From: an uncultured Bacteroidales bacterium
GTDB lineage: Bacteria; Bacteroidota; Bacteroidia; Bacteroidales; UBA932
DNA length: 64,000 nucleotides
Direction: 5' to 3'
Assembly (NCBI GenBank): GCA_944326385.1
Contig: CALVDT010000039.1
Span: 17,144 to 81,143 of the forward strand
Shown here piece by piece: positions 1 to 10,134 of this stretch. The translations under genes were made by a program, and so were the position numbers. The notes under the pieces are model-generated. The model saw nothing but the letters and a program-made list of their open reading frames with translations. It made no database searches and had not been told where the DNA came from. Every line of letters starts with the position of its first letter. The stretch's first letter is position 1.

Positions 1-2558
1 TTTACGGACAGATTGCAGGTCTGAACGTCTATCAGGGCTCCGGCACTACATATGACAATCTCTCGTCTTTCTCCATTCACGGGAGGACACCGCTCATTCT
101 TGTGGACGGTTTCCCGAGAGGAAGCCTCAGGGACATCACCACTACTGAAATAGAGTCCGTGACTGTGCTTACAGATGCCGTGGCAACGGCAATGTACGGT
201 ATGCGCGGGGCAAACGGAGTAGTGCTTGTCACTACGCGCAGGGCTACACCGGGAAAACTTCGCGTCGGTGCGGATTTCCAGTACGGCATCAACTCGCAGT
301 TCCGCTCTCCGGAATTCGCCGATGCATACACTTATGCCACGACCCTGAATCAGGCCATGGTTCTCGACGGTCTGTCTCCACGTTACAATGATTTCGAACT
401 TGAAGCCTTCCGTACAGGACAATACCCTTACGAGTATCCTGATGTGGACTGGTGGAATGAAATCTACAAGGACTACACCTCCAATTACCGCCTCGGGCTG
501 ACATTCGAAGGCGGTACGGAAAAATTCCGCTACTACTCCGTGGTGGACTACATGTACGATATCGGACTTTTCAGGAATCTGAATACCGATTCCCGCTATT
601 CCACCATACCGTCCGACGTGCGTCTGAGCATAAGATCCAATTTTGATGTGGAAGTGACCCGCACCACGCATCTGAAACTCGGTATCATGGCAAAACTCGG
701 TGAATACAACAAGGCCCGGGGAGCGGATCAGAATATGACAAATGTCTACAGCATCCCGTCCGCCGCTTTCCCTGTAAGGCAGTATGACGGGAACTGGGGA
801 GGGACAGCTGTCTACACGGGTACGAATCCGGTGGCATCGCTTGCCGATTCAGGAAATTACCGGTTCACCACCGGTACCGTAGTGGCCGACATGTCCCTCA
901 GACAGGATCTCGACATCCTCACTGAAGGTCTGGGAGCTGAGCTTCTTGTTTCTTTCGAAGATACCGGAAGGATGTATGACGAGACATCCAAGAATTTCGC
1001 ATATGAGGATTCGCATGTATCCATGTCGGATGACGGCACTGTCATCACGTCTCCTGAAATTGTCGGGACTAATTCACGGGCATTGGGACACAGCAATGGC
1101 TTCTACTCCATCGATATGCGTACGGATTTCCAGGCCAAGATCGACTATGCCCGCACTTTCGGCAGACATGCGGTTTCGGCAGCGGCCATATACGATATGC
1201 AGTCTTATGTGGCAAACGGCCAGAATGTCTCCAACAAATGGCTTTCCGCCTTGCTCACGGCATCATATACCTACGATAACAGGTATTCGGCAAGCATAGT
1301 TGCCGACTGGGCAGGCTCGGCTTTCCTGATACCGGGAGATGCCATGCGTTTCTATCCTGCCGTAAACGCCGCCTGGATAATATCCGGAGAGAAATTCATG
1401 AAACAGGCATCCTGGATAGACCTTTGGAAAGTCTTCGCCTCCTGCGGACGCTCTGGATGGGACGGCAACCTTTCGCACGATCTGTTCAGAAAATCGTATA
1501 TAGGCGGGAATGCCTATTATTTTACCGACAATGCCAGTCACTTCTACAGTATGACTGAAAGCTACCTTCCGGTAGAGGATCTCGAACCGGAACTGTTCCG
1601 GAAAGTGACCTTCGGTACTGAATTCCGCGCATTCGGGAACAGGCTCAGCCTCTATGCCGAGGGCTTCTTCGAGGAAAGGAGCAATGTCCTCGTTGCTTCG
1701 ACCAACGTTTCCGGCATTATCGGCATCGACGTCACCTCCCAGTGTGCCGGTATCTATAAATACCGCGGGATAGATGCTTCATTGTCCTGGAAAGACAAAA
1801 TAAACGATTTTTCATACGGTCTTTACGCGAACGGCTCTTTCCTTTCCACGGAAATCGTCAACGAAAACCAGATATACCAGCCGTACGATTACCTTTACCA
1901 TATGGGGAATCCGATAGGCCAATGCTATGGTCTGGAAGTGGTCGGCATTTTCCGCAACCAGATGGAAATCAACAACAGTCCGACCCAGACTTTCTCGGAA
2001 GTCCGGCCTGGTGACCTGAAATACAAGGACCAGAACGGAGACGGTGTAATCAACGAGTACGATTATGTGAAAATGTACAACTCCACCGTACCTGCATTCT
2101 ATTTCGGTTTCGGTCTGAATTTCGGTTACAAAGGCTTCGAGATTTCCGCTGATTTCCAGGGAATGGCCGGAGTGACGGTAAATGTTCTGAATTCCCCTCT
2201 GTATCAGCCTCTGAAGAACAATACCACCGTCTCGCAGACACTTCTGGACCACGAAATTCCATGGACTCCGGAGACATCGGGGACAGCGACCATACCGCGC
2301 CTGACTACCCAGTCGAACGAGAACAATTATCAGAACAACTCCCTCTGGCTCCGTGACGGCTCTTTCCTCAAGCTGAGGAATCTGACAGTGGCCTATACTT
2401 TCCCGAAGAGTCTGACAAGATTTGCCGACATGCAGGTCTATGTGCAGGGAACGAATCTGTTCAGTATCGACAGACTGAAGATGTTCGACCCGGAGCAGCT
2501 CGGAAGGACATACCCGGCCCTGAGGTCGTACTATGTGGGACTTAAATTCAACTTTTAA
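1..2558 (+). CDS. susC: SusC/RagA-family TonB-dependent receptor (5' end lies outside the window)
   Basis: Frame is open from the window edge (YGQIAGLNVYQG...PLILVDGFPR). Plug motif IESVTVLTDAVATAMYGMRGANGVVLVTT, PGDLKYKDQNGDGVIN, DGSFLKLRNLTVAY and a C-terminal F are present. Followed by susD. Confidence 0.95.
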   Translation, partial: YGQIAGLNVYQGSGTTYDNLSSFSIHGRTPLILVDGFPRGSLRDITTTEIESVTVLTDAVATAMYGMRGANGVVLVTTRRATPGKLRVGADFQYGINSQFRSPEFADAYTYATTLNQAMVLDGLSPRYNDFELEAFRTGQYPYEYPDVDWWNEIYKDYTSNYRLGLTFEGGTEKFRYYSVVDYMYDIGLFRNLNTDSRYSTIPSDVRLSIRSNFDVEVTRTTHLKLGIMAKLGEYNKARGADQNMTNVYSIPSAAFPVRQYDGNWGGTAVYTGTNPVASLADSGNYRFTTGTVVADMSLRQDLDILTEGLGAELLVSFEDTGRMYDETSKNFAYEDSHVSMSDDGTVITSPEIVGTNSRALGHSNGFYSIDMRTDFQAKIDYARTFGRHAVSAAAIYDMQSYVANGQNVSNKWLSALLTASYTYDNRYSASIVADWAGSAFLIPGDAMRFYPAVNAAWIISGEKFMKQASWIDLWKVFASCGRSGWDGNLSHDLFRKSYIGGNAYYFTDNASHFYSMTESYLPVEDLEPELFRKVTFGTEFRAFGNRLSLYAEGFFEERSNVLVASTNVSGIIGIDVTSQCAGIYKYRGIDASLSWKDKINDFSYGLYANGSFLSTEIVNENQIYQPYDYLYHMGNPIGQCYGLEVVGIFRNQMEINNSPTQTFSEVRPGDLKYKDQNGDGVINEYDYVKMYNSTVPAFYFGFGLNFGYKGFEISADFQGMAGVTVNVLNSPLYQPLKNNTTVSQTLLDHEIPWTPETSGTATIPRLTTQSNENNYQNNSLWLRDGSFLKLRNLTVAYTFPKSLTRFADMQVYVQGTNLFSIDRLKMFDPEQLGRTYPALRSYYVGLKFNF

Positions 2559-2569
2559 CGGTGGAGAAT

Positions 2570-4261
2570 ATGAAAACATTGAAAATCATTGCTATAGTAT
2601 TGGCGGCTTTCTCTGCCGTATCCTGCGGCTATCTCGAATTCGACGAGACCAACGGCCTGCGTGAGTACGATGACGTCTATACTTATTTCGACGAGACGAA
2701 ACAGATTCTGACGCACGTCTACTCCTTCATTCCCCAGGATTTCGGGGCAATCGACGGTGCAATGCGCGACTGTGCTTCCGACGATGCCGAATTCGGGAAT
2801 ACAGGAGGAACTGTGCAATACATGAACAACGGCAGCTGGTCTGCGCTGAACACCGTCGACAATGCCTGGAACATGTATTATGGCATCAGGGCGGCCAACG
2901 AGTTCATGCAGTCGTTTGCGGCTACTGATTTTACCATATATGAAAGGGAGCCTGAATATGAGAACTGGCTCGACCAGATGCAGTATTTCATGTATGAGGC
3001 GAGGATACTCAGGTGTTTCTTTTTCTTTGAGCTGGCCAAAAGATACGGAGACATAGCCATGCCTCTGGAAAAGCTGGACATTGAAGGGGCGAACACCATA
3101 GCCAAGACACCGTTCGACGATGTGATAGATTATATAGTGTCCGAGTGCGATGCCTGTGCTCCGGAACTCCCGGACACTTACCGCGATGTGGCGAACGCAG
3201 AGACGGGCAGGATTACCCGGGGTTTTGCCATGGCTCTGAAATCCAAGGCCTTGCTCTATGCCGCCAGTGAACTTCACAATCCGGCTATGGATACCGACAG
3301 ATGGAAGCGTTCCGCTTCGGCGGCCCTCGACCTTATAAAGACCGGTCTTTATACCCTCGATCCCGCCGACAAGTGCAACAATCCGACTTCACCGGAGGTG
3401 GTTCTCGCCCGTCAGAACGACAATTCGATTACCTTCGAGTTGTACAATTTCCCTATCCGGTTCACGGAAGGACAGAAGTTCGGCAGTCTGGCCACCATGG
3501 GCACATTCCCTACCCAGAATCTCGTGAATGCTTTCCAGACCAGGAACGGATATTCCGTCACTCTGGAGGCTTCAGGTTGGGTCAGTGATGATCCTGAATT
3601 CAATCCGGCCAGGCCTTATCTGAATCGTGACCCGCGTTTTGCCAGGACAATACTTTGCAACGGTGATTCGTTCAAAGGTTCTGTCATTGCCCTTTACAAG
3701 GGAGGTCGGGATGATGAGGCCGTTTCCGACGGAGGCTCTCCTACGGGCTATTTCCTCAGAAAATATTTGCAGGAGAGTACTGATTTCGATCCGGATGCAC
3801 CGGTGGCCAACAGACATCACTGGGTAGTGTACCGCTATGCCGAGACTCTTCTGACCTATGCGGAATCCATGGTCGAGGCATTCGGAGACCCGGACTATTC
3901 TGACGGTGAATATACCTACTCGGCACGTTGGGCCTTGAATCAGGTGCGCGCCAATGCCGGGATGCCCGATGTGACCGTTTCCGGCAAGGATGCCTTCATC
4001 GAAGCCCTCAGAAACGAGTGGCGTGTGGAGTTCGCTTTCGAGGATCACCGCTTCTGGGATGTGCGCAGATGGAAGATTGGGGCGGAAACACAGACTGACA
4101 TCTATGGAGTGAGGATTACCCAGGTGTCCGGAAGCACCTATTCTTACGAGAGGTTCCTTTATGAGTCCCGCAAGTGGAATGACAGGATGTATCTTTATCC
4201 GATTCCGCAGGCGGAGATTTACAGGAACCCGAACCTCGCCCCGCAAAATCAAGGATGGTAA
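2570..4261 (+). CDS. susD: SusD/RagB-family glycan-binding lipoprotein
   Basis: Lipobox AVS-C. Motifs EARILRCFFFFELAKRYGD, RDPRF, RYAETLLTYAE, NEWRVEFAFEDHRFWDVRRWK and YLYPIPQ...QNQGW. Confidence 0.95.
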   Translation: MKTLKIIAIVLAAFSAVSCGYLEFDETNGLREYDDVYTYFDETKQILTHVYSFIPQDFGAIDGAMRDCASDDAEFGNTGGTVQYMNNGSWSALNTVDNAWNMYYGIRAANEFMQSFAATDFTIYEREPEYENWLDQMQYFMYEARILRCFFFFELAKRYGDIAMPLEKLDIEGANTIAKTPFDDVIDYIVSECDACAPELPDTYRDVANAETGRITRGFAMALKSKALLYAASELHNPAMDTDRWKRSASAALDLIKTGLYTLDPADKCNNPTSPEVVLARQNDNSITFELYNFPIRFTEGQKFGSLATMGTFPTQNLVNAFQTRNGYSVTLEASGWVSDDPEFNPARPYLNRDPRFARTILCNGDSFKGSVIALYKGGRDDEAVSDGGSPTGYFLRKYLQESTDFDPDAPVANRHHWVVYRYAETLLTYAESMVEAFGDPDYSDGEYTYSARWALNQVRANAGMPDVTVSGKDAFIEALRNEWRVEFAFEDHRFWDVRRWKIGAETQTDIYGVRITQVSGSTYSYERFLYESRKWNDRMYLYPIPQAEIYRNPNLAPQNQGW

Positions 4262-4284
4262 ACAAAAATCAAAACAACAATAAA

Positions 4285-5835
4285 ATGAAAACCGATTCAA
4301 TCTTTAATCTTGGAGCCTGCGTTGCTGCGGCCATGTCGCTCTTTTCCGGATGCTACGAAACCCCGGAAATAGATTCGCAGCCCGAGCAGGACCCGAAAAT
4401 AGTCGTGGATGCCAAGTCAGAGTACAAAGTGGCTTCCGCATCCGCCGACCCTGTGATATTCAGCATCAGTTCGAATACGCCTTGGCAGATTGCAAACGAT
4501 GCCGAAGACTGGTGCACCGTGACTCCCGGTGCCAGCGCCACGAGCTCCCTCACTGCCGACATCACCGTGACCGTTGAGGATAATCTTGAGTCGGAGCCTC
4601 GTACGGCTACCCTCACCATTACTGCCGATGACGTGGAAGAGCCGGTTCTCGTCAAGATAACCCAGAATGCCAAGAGCAATCTGACGGTGACCTCTCCATC
4701 CGGCATGATAGACGGCAACGGCGGCAGCGTGACATTTACCGTCACATCCGACCTCGACTGGACAATCACTTCTCCTCAGACATGGATTTCATTCAGTCCG
4801 GCTTCAGGGACAGGTTCCAAAGAGCCTGTGACAGTAACAGCTTCCGCTTCCGAAGGTACGAGCATGCGCACAGCCACTGTCAGAATCGAGACTGCCGAGG
4901 ATTTCAGAACCATCTCCATAGTCCAGGACGGCCCTGTTACTCTCGCTTTTGCCGATGCCGACGAGGCCGCCAGGACATTCGGCTATGCCGGAGAGACAAA
5001 GAAATTCCATATCGATGCCTCCATGCTCTGGAAAGTCTCATGCTCAGACCCTGATGTCACCATCACTCCGAACAGCGGTACAACATCCGGCGACATCGAG
5101 GTCACGCTTCCTTACTCGAAGTATATCAACGACAAGACCTACACCATCACTCTCGAATCCGATGACGAGACCATCGAGATGGAACCGAAGACCCTGACCA
5201 TCATCCAGAAATCCTTTGCCCTGCCGGTAAATACTCCGGATCTCGACGGGTTCACTTTGACGGCAAACGGCGGTACGGCTTATGTCAAGTCGCAGGACTA
5301 CTGGAAACACGGAACTTTCATCTGGACATTCTCCGATGTGAATCTCAGCAGCGGATATTTCGACATCAACAACTGGGGCTCGGGAGGTATAGTGCTGATG
5401 ATACGTTTCGGTGGCAAGACCGAGAACAATCTGGTCGGTACGAAAGGGACCGTGACCCTGAGTGACGGAAAGGTAGTCTACTGGTCGATAGATACCGGCT
5501 GGAGCAACGGCTGGGAACAGGACTATCCTTATACGACAGATATTGACCTGAATGCATTGAAAACCCTGAAACTGGAAATCAAGCCGGCCACTCGTTCCGG
5601 TTACAGCCAGAACAATGTAGTATCCAGAAAACTTTGGATAAATGACGTGCTTGTTTATGAACAGAGCCTGGAGCATCACCCTGATGACAATCCTGCCCAT
5701 GCCATACCGTGGTGCGGAGGTGATATCTGGCAGGCCGGAAGCAACCATCCGGGACTCCAGTACCAGTTCGGAATAGGAGGTGCCGGAAACGGTTCCATTA
5801 CCATCGATTCATTCGAATACAAGCCGATCGAATGA
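4285..5835 (+). CDS. Surface lipoprotein with tandem BACON domains and a C-terminal jelly-roll-like domain (SGBP-like)
   Basis: Lipobox FSG-C. Repeated BACON-type motifs (SNTPWQI...DWCTVTP, SDLDWTI...WISFSP, RTATLTI). Located directly after susD. Confidence 0.75.
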   Translation: MKTDSIFNLGACVAAAMSLFSGCYETPEIDSQPEQDPKIVVDAKSEYKVASASADPVIFSISSNTPWQIANDAEDWCTVTPGASATSSLTADITVTVEDNLESEPRTATLTITADDVEEPVLVKITQNAKSNLTVTSPSGMIDGNGGSVTFTVTSDLDWTITSPQTWISFSPASGTGSKEPVTVTASASEGTSMRTATVRIETAEDFRTISIVQDGPVTLAFADADEAARTFGYAGETKKFHIDASMLWKVSCSDPDVTITPNSGTTSGDIEVTLPYSKYINDKTYTITLESDDETIEMEPKTLTIIQKSFALPVNTPDLDGFTLTANGGTAYVKSQDYWKHGTFIWTFSDVNLSSGYFDINNWGSGGIVLMIRFGGKTENNLVGTKGTVTLSDGKVVYWSIDTGWSNGWEQDYPYTTDIDLNALKTLKLEIKPATRSGYSQNNVVSRKLWINDVLVYEQSLEHHPDDNPAHAIPWCGGDIWQAGSNHPGLQYQFGIGGAGNGSITIDSFEYKPIE

Positions 5836-5877
5836 TTCAGGAAAATGTAAAACAATAACAACCATAATTATAACATC

Positions 5878-6030
5878 ATGAACACAAACGAAAAACGTAT
5901 CGGGGGCTACATGTTCCCGACCCTTGAAACCACCTCCGTCGCTGCCGAAGTAGGATTCTGCGCCAGCGGAGACGCCACATTGAACGGCTTCAACGATCCG
6001 GAATCCGTAGATTTCGATTTTAACAACTGA
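5878..6030 (+). CDS. 50-aa small protein (YxxPxxE...ExGFCAS motif) upstream of a fimbrillin-like gene; absent from the ORF track
   Basis: Translated by hand: MNTNEKRIGGYMFPTLETTSVAAEVGFCASGDATLNGFNDPESVDFDFNN*. It has an A-rich leader typical of Bacteroidales starts and fills the intergenic gap in the operon direction. Confidence 0.7.
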   Translation: MNTNEKRIGGYMFPTLETTSVAAEVGFCASGDATLNGFNDPESVDFDFNN

Positions 6031-6051
6031 AACTGAAAAACACACACTGAA

Positions 6052-7740
6052 ATGAAAAAGAATTTTCTGACAATAGCATTGAGTGCAACAGCCGTCGCAA
6101 TGGCAGTATCATGCACCGACAAGGAAAACACAGAGCCTCAGGATTCCGGACGTGTTCCGATGCAGTTTGCTGCCGGTTCGCCGGAACTTACCAGGACAGC
6201 CATCGCCGAAGACGGCAAATCGGTCGTATGGTCTGAAGGTGATGCCATAGGTATTTTTGACACTCGGATAAACAAGTTCGACATCATCGAAGGTGCCGGC
6301 TCTTCTGCAGGTACATTCAGCGGTTTCGCATTGCCTGATGCCGAGTATTATGCAATCTATCCATATGATGAGACAGCCGCCATTTCAGGCTCCATCATCA
6401 GCGCCGCCTTGCCTTCGGTGCAGTATTCCGTAACCGACGGCACCTTCGACACCATGCTGAATCCTGCCGTAGCCAAGGCCGATGCATCGAACAGCCTCGC
6501 TTTCGAGCACGTGGCAGCCATGTTCAAGGTCAATGTCGAGGGCCTGTCCTCAGCAGTGAAGTCGATATCGCTTTCCGCAGACCAGAGCCTTTCCGGGGCA
6601 TACAAGGTGGACATGGATCAGGAGACATGGTCAGCCGTGGCCGAGACAAGCGAGACTCCTGCCGGTGTTTCGCTTGTCGGAAAGGATGATGCAGACCTTG
6701 CTGCAGGACCTTACTATATGGTAGTTTTGCCGGGCAGCTATACGAATCTGACACTGACCGTGGCATTGGCTGACGGTACAGAGGCTTCAACGGAGCCGGT
6801 TTCGATAGAAGTGGCGGCCCGCGACATCAAGGAGACGACAGTGGATGCTGCGGATTTTGTCAAGACCGAATTCGGCTTTGCTCCGACGGAGGATACGTAT
6901 TTCAGCTATAAGGGAGCTTCGAAAACATACACCGTAAATGCTTCTGCCGCTACGGTGTGGACTCTCTCGTCAGACAGTGATGACGTGACGCTTTCTGCCA
7001 CTGAAGGCACCGGCACACAGACTGTCACAGTCACTCTCCCGTATTCGAAGTATATCTACGAGAAACCATATACTCTTGCTCTTTCTGCCGCCGGTCAGGA
7101 ATCCAAGACCCTGACTGTCACGCAGCAGTCCTGCGTCGACCCTAACCAGAGCACACCTGTCGGCCTTACTTCCACGGACGGCACATTGACTGCCGGGAAT
7201 GCTGCGGCCATGGTGAAAACTTATGATAAGTTCAAATATGGAACGTTCATTATCAAATTCTCTGAAATTGACTTGACATCAGGCTTTTTCTATATGAACA
7301 ACTGGGAAGGCGAGACATATCTTGCAATACGTCTTGGCGGGACAGGTAATACGAATCATTTGTCTGCCGGAGGCAATATTACACTGTCCTGGGGACGGCA
7401 AGTCAATTTCGGGTTTGACAACGGATGGGACGGCCGCTGGGGCGTAACGCCGGGATTTACAGATTATCCGGCAGTAAATGACATGAAAGAGTTGAAGATA
7501 GAGATCTTCCCTACTACAAGGACCGGTACGGAAATGAATCAGACTCTCTCACGGAAAGTCTATATCAACGATGTTCTTGTTTGCGATAACAGCACGAACG
7601 TAGGTGATATATGGCAGAACGGCAGTTCCCATGAAGGTTTCCAGTATAATTTCGGTATAGGAAGCGATGATGAGCATGGATTGGGCAACGGCTCGATGAC
7701 CATCGAATCATTCGAGTACATCCCGTATTCCGCCGAGTAA
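6052..7740 (+). CDS. Fimbrillin/Mfa-like lipoprotein with BACON and a C-terminal jelly-roll-like domain
   Basis: Lipobox AVS-C. TRTAIAEDGKSVVWSEGDAIGIF and YYAIYPY are typical of type V pilin-like N-terminal domains. The C-terminal ~280 aa are paralogous to 4285-5835. Confidence 0.75.
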   Translation: MKKNFLTIALSATAVAMAVSCTDKENTEPQDSGRVPMQFAAGSPELTRTAIAEDGKSVVWSEGDAIGIFDTRINKFDIIEGAGSSAGTFSGFALPDAEYYAIYPYDETAAISGSIISAALPSVQYSVTDGTFDTMLNPAVAKADASNSLAFEHVAAMFKVNVEGLSSAVKSISLSADQSLSGAYKVDMDQETWSAVAETSETPAGVSLVGKDDADLAAGPYYMVVLPGSYTNLTLTVALADGTEASTEPVSIEVAARDIKETTVDAADFVKTEFGFAPTEDTYFSYKGASKTYTVNASAATVWTLSSDSDDVTLSATEGTGTQTVTVTLPYSKYIYEKPYTLALSAAGQESKTLTVTQQSCVDPNQSTPVGLTSTDGTLTAGNAAAMVKTYDKFKYGTFIIKFSEIDLTSGFFYMNNWEGETYLAIRLGGTGNTNHLSAGGNITLSWGRQVNFGFDNGWDGRWGVTPGFTDYPAVNDMKELKIEIFPTTRTGTEMNQTLSRKVYINDVLVCDNSTNVGDIWQNGSSHEGFQYNFGIGSDDEHGLGNGSMTIESFEYIPYSAE

Positions 7741-7763
7741 TTTTCTCCTCTAAATAAAAAACA

Positions 7764-8870
7764 ATGTTTAAAAAGACAATGACAATACTTTTGACTGCCG
7801 CACTCGCGGCAATGACCATGGCCGGCTGTGCGGAAAACAACGCTGCACCGGATGCCGGCTATCCTCTCGAGCGTTTCACACTCTCGGTCGGTGACTATAT
7901 CTACCATGCTTCCATCGATCAGGAAACCCGCACGGCCACCATCGGTGCCATAAAATACGGAGGACAGGTCTCCAAAGCCGGCTACAAACTGGCTGAGGGT
8001 GCGACCATTTCCCCTGATCCGAACGACTTCACCGGAGACTGGCCGGCAAGTCAGGAATTCACAGTCACCTGCAACGGTGAAGAGACAGTCTATACCGTAG
8101 TCCTTTCCGCCTGGGAAAACCGCTTCCCGGGAGCCTCCGAAGATGTACTCTTTTTCGATGATTTCACCCAGGAAGACGGGCTCGACATGGATGCATGGGA
8201 GTATGTACCAAAAGGAACTGCAGCATGGCAGGTATCCATGTCAGGAAGTCCCGATCATTCATACATAGAGGACGGGAATCTGGTCCTGGCCATAGTCAAC
8301 CAGGACGGCGAATGCCTCTCGGGTGGAGTAAAGACGCAGGGCAAGCTCTGGTTCCAGGCACCTTTCCGAATCGAAGTCCGTGCGAAATTCGTGAATGACG
8401 CAGAGTCTGTCGGTCAGGCGGTCTGGATGATGCCTGAACCTGAGTACCAGACTTATGGCGGCTGGCCTGAAAGCGGCGAGATCGATATTATGGAACACTC
8501 GTATCTGCATGATTATGTGCAGCATACTTTGCATTCTCATTACATCGACGTCTATACCGGCCATAATACCGACCATGTCGACAGAGAGTACAGCGGATAC
8601 AATGACGGAGAATACAATATCTACTCCGCCGACGTCACTGACGATTATCTTATCATTTATGATGCCAACGGCTGTACTGAAGACAATCCGCAGATAGCTT
8701 TCAAGTATGAAAATATGAATCTTGAAAACGAAGCGGAATTGAAGCAGTGGCCGTTCAGCGGCGGTTTCCACATTATCCTCAGCGTCGGCCCTGCCGGTGC
8801 CAGCGCGATAAATCCGGAGGATTGTCCGTCGTATATGCTTGTTGATTGGGTGCGTGTCACCAAACTATAG
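7764..8870 (+). CDS. GH16 endo-beta-glycanase lipoprotein
   Basis: Catalytic motif WPESGEIDIMEH (ExDxxE), C-terminal MLVDWVRV strand, lipobox MAG-C. Confidence 0.9.
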   Translation: MFKKTMTILLTAALAAMTMAGCAENNAAPDAGYPLERFTLSVGDYIYHASIDQETRTATIGAIKYGGQVSKAGYKLAEGATISPDPNDFTGDWPASQEFTVTCNGEETVYTVVLSAWENRFPGASEDVLFFDDFTQEDGLDMDAWEYVPKGTAAWQVSMSGSPDHSYIEDGNLVLAIVNQDGECLSGGVKTQGKLWFQAPFRIEVRAKFVNDAESVGQAVWMMPEPEYQTYGGWPESGEIDIMEHSYLHDYVQHTLHSHYIDVYTGHNTDHVDREYSGYNDGEYNIYSADVTDDYLIIYDANGCTEDNPQIAFKYENMNLENEAELKQWPFSGGFHIILSVGPAGASAINPEDCPSYMLVDWVRVTKL

Positions 8871-8878
8871 AAATAATA

Positions 8879-10036
8879 ATGAAACATAAATTGTCAATAT
8901 ATGCGGCTGCGGTGATTTCCGCGATGACGTTGCCACTGATGGTCAATGGCCAGATAAAACAGTCTGAGCCGATCATTCCGGTGTATCCGCAGTTAGAGGA
9001 TCCCGAATCATTCTCCATGATAATGTTCGGTGATGCGCAGAGCTACATCAAATTCGCAGCGACGGTGCCGCTTTTCGACCTCCAGACAGCCTGGATAGCC
9101 CAGAATGCGGAAAGACTGAACGTTATGACCGCATTGATCACCGGTGATCTCGTGGAGCAGAACAATAAACTCATTGCCGGAGGCCTCCCTGACTTTCCGA
9201 ACGGTACTCAGACTTCCCGCCAGCAGTGGGAAGCCATTTCACATTCACTGACTTTCCTCGACAACAAGGTGCCATATATCGCATGTCAGGGAAATCATGA
9301 CATAGGTTACATTTCGGCCGAACACAGGTATTCGCAGATGCCTGACTATGTCTATCCGGAACGGAATCTGAAAAACATGGAGCATTTGGTGGCTACCGCC
9401 CCTAACTGGCAGAATATCCACACTCTTGAAAATGCCGCCTATGAGTTTGCTGACGACATTTGGGGGAAAATCCTTATTCTCGCCCTGGAGTTTGCTCCCC
9501 GGGACGAAATCCTGCAGTGGGCTTCCGAGCTCATTTCCAAACCGGAATACACTGATCACAAGGTGATTTTGCTCGTACATTCGTTTCTGCTCCCGGACGG
9601 GACCCGCATCGAGGATGAGAAATGGTACAAGGTCACTCCTCACAACTGGCCTCAGGCAGTGTGGGACAAATTGGTCTACCCGTCGAAAAACATCGCACTC
9701 GTACTCTGCGGCCACACCGGTGTCCCGCCGCGCATCCCTGCCGGGAGTGATGTGAAAGACATCGATTACAGCTGTACCTGCGGTTTCCGTGTGGATCCGG
9801 CTGCAGACGGGCATCTGATTCCTCAGATGATGTTCAATTCCCAGACAAATGACGGGCAGTGGCACGGCAACGGAGGGGACTGCTGGCTCCGTATTCTTGA
9901 GTTCAAACCGGACGGCAAGACTATAAGCGTGAGGACTTTCTCTCCGCTTTTCGCCATTTCGCACATTACTTCCGAGCATGCGTGGCGGACTGCGTCTTAT
10001 GATCAGTTTGACTTCACGATAGATTCCGGTTTGTGA
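8879..10036 (+). CDS. Calcineurin-like metallophosphoesterase, secreted
   Basis: Metal-ligand motifs GDAQ, TGDLVE, GNHD, VH and CGH; N-terminal signal peptide. Confidence 0.85.
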   Translation: MKHKLSIYAAAVISAMTLPLMVNGQIKQSEPIIPVYPQLEDPESFSMIMFGDAQSYIKFAATVPLFDLQTAWIAQNAERLNVMTALITGDLVEQNNKLIAGGLPDFPNGTQTSRQQWEAISHSLTFLDNKVPYIACQGNHDIGYISAEHRYSQMPDYVYPERNLKNMEHLVATAPNWQNIHTLENAAYEFADDIWGKILILALEFAPRDEILQWASELISKPEYTDHKVILLVHSFLLPDGTRIEDEKWYKVTPHNWPQAVWDKLVYPSKNIALVLCGHTGVPPRIPAGSDVKDIDYSCTCGFRVDPAADGHLIPQMMFNSQTNDGQWHGNGGDCWLRILEFKPDGKTISVRTFSPLFAISHITSEHAWRTASYDQFDFTIDSGL

Positions 10037-10134
10037 TAACGGGCAAATTACGGCGTTGCGGCGGCCTTGTACTTTACCCGTTCTGACAAACCGGCCGGAC
10101 TGGGACATCGGATTCCCTGGTGTTCCGTTCCGGT

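Noticed and set aside
5878-6030. Lasso peptide/RiPP biosynthetic cluster around the YxxP peptide
   Set aside because: There is no RRE/PqqD, cyclase, peptidase, radical SAM or exporter gene nearby. It is kept only as an orphan small protein.
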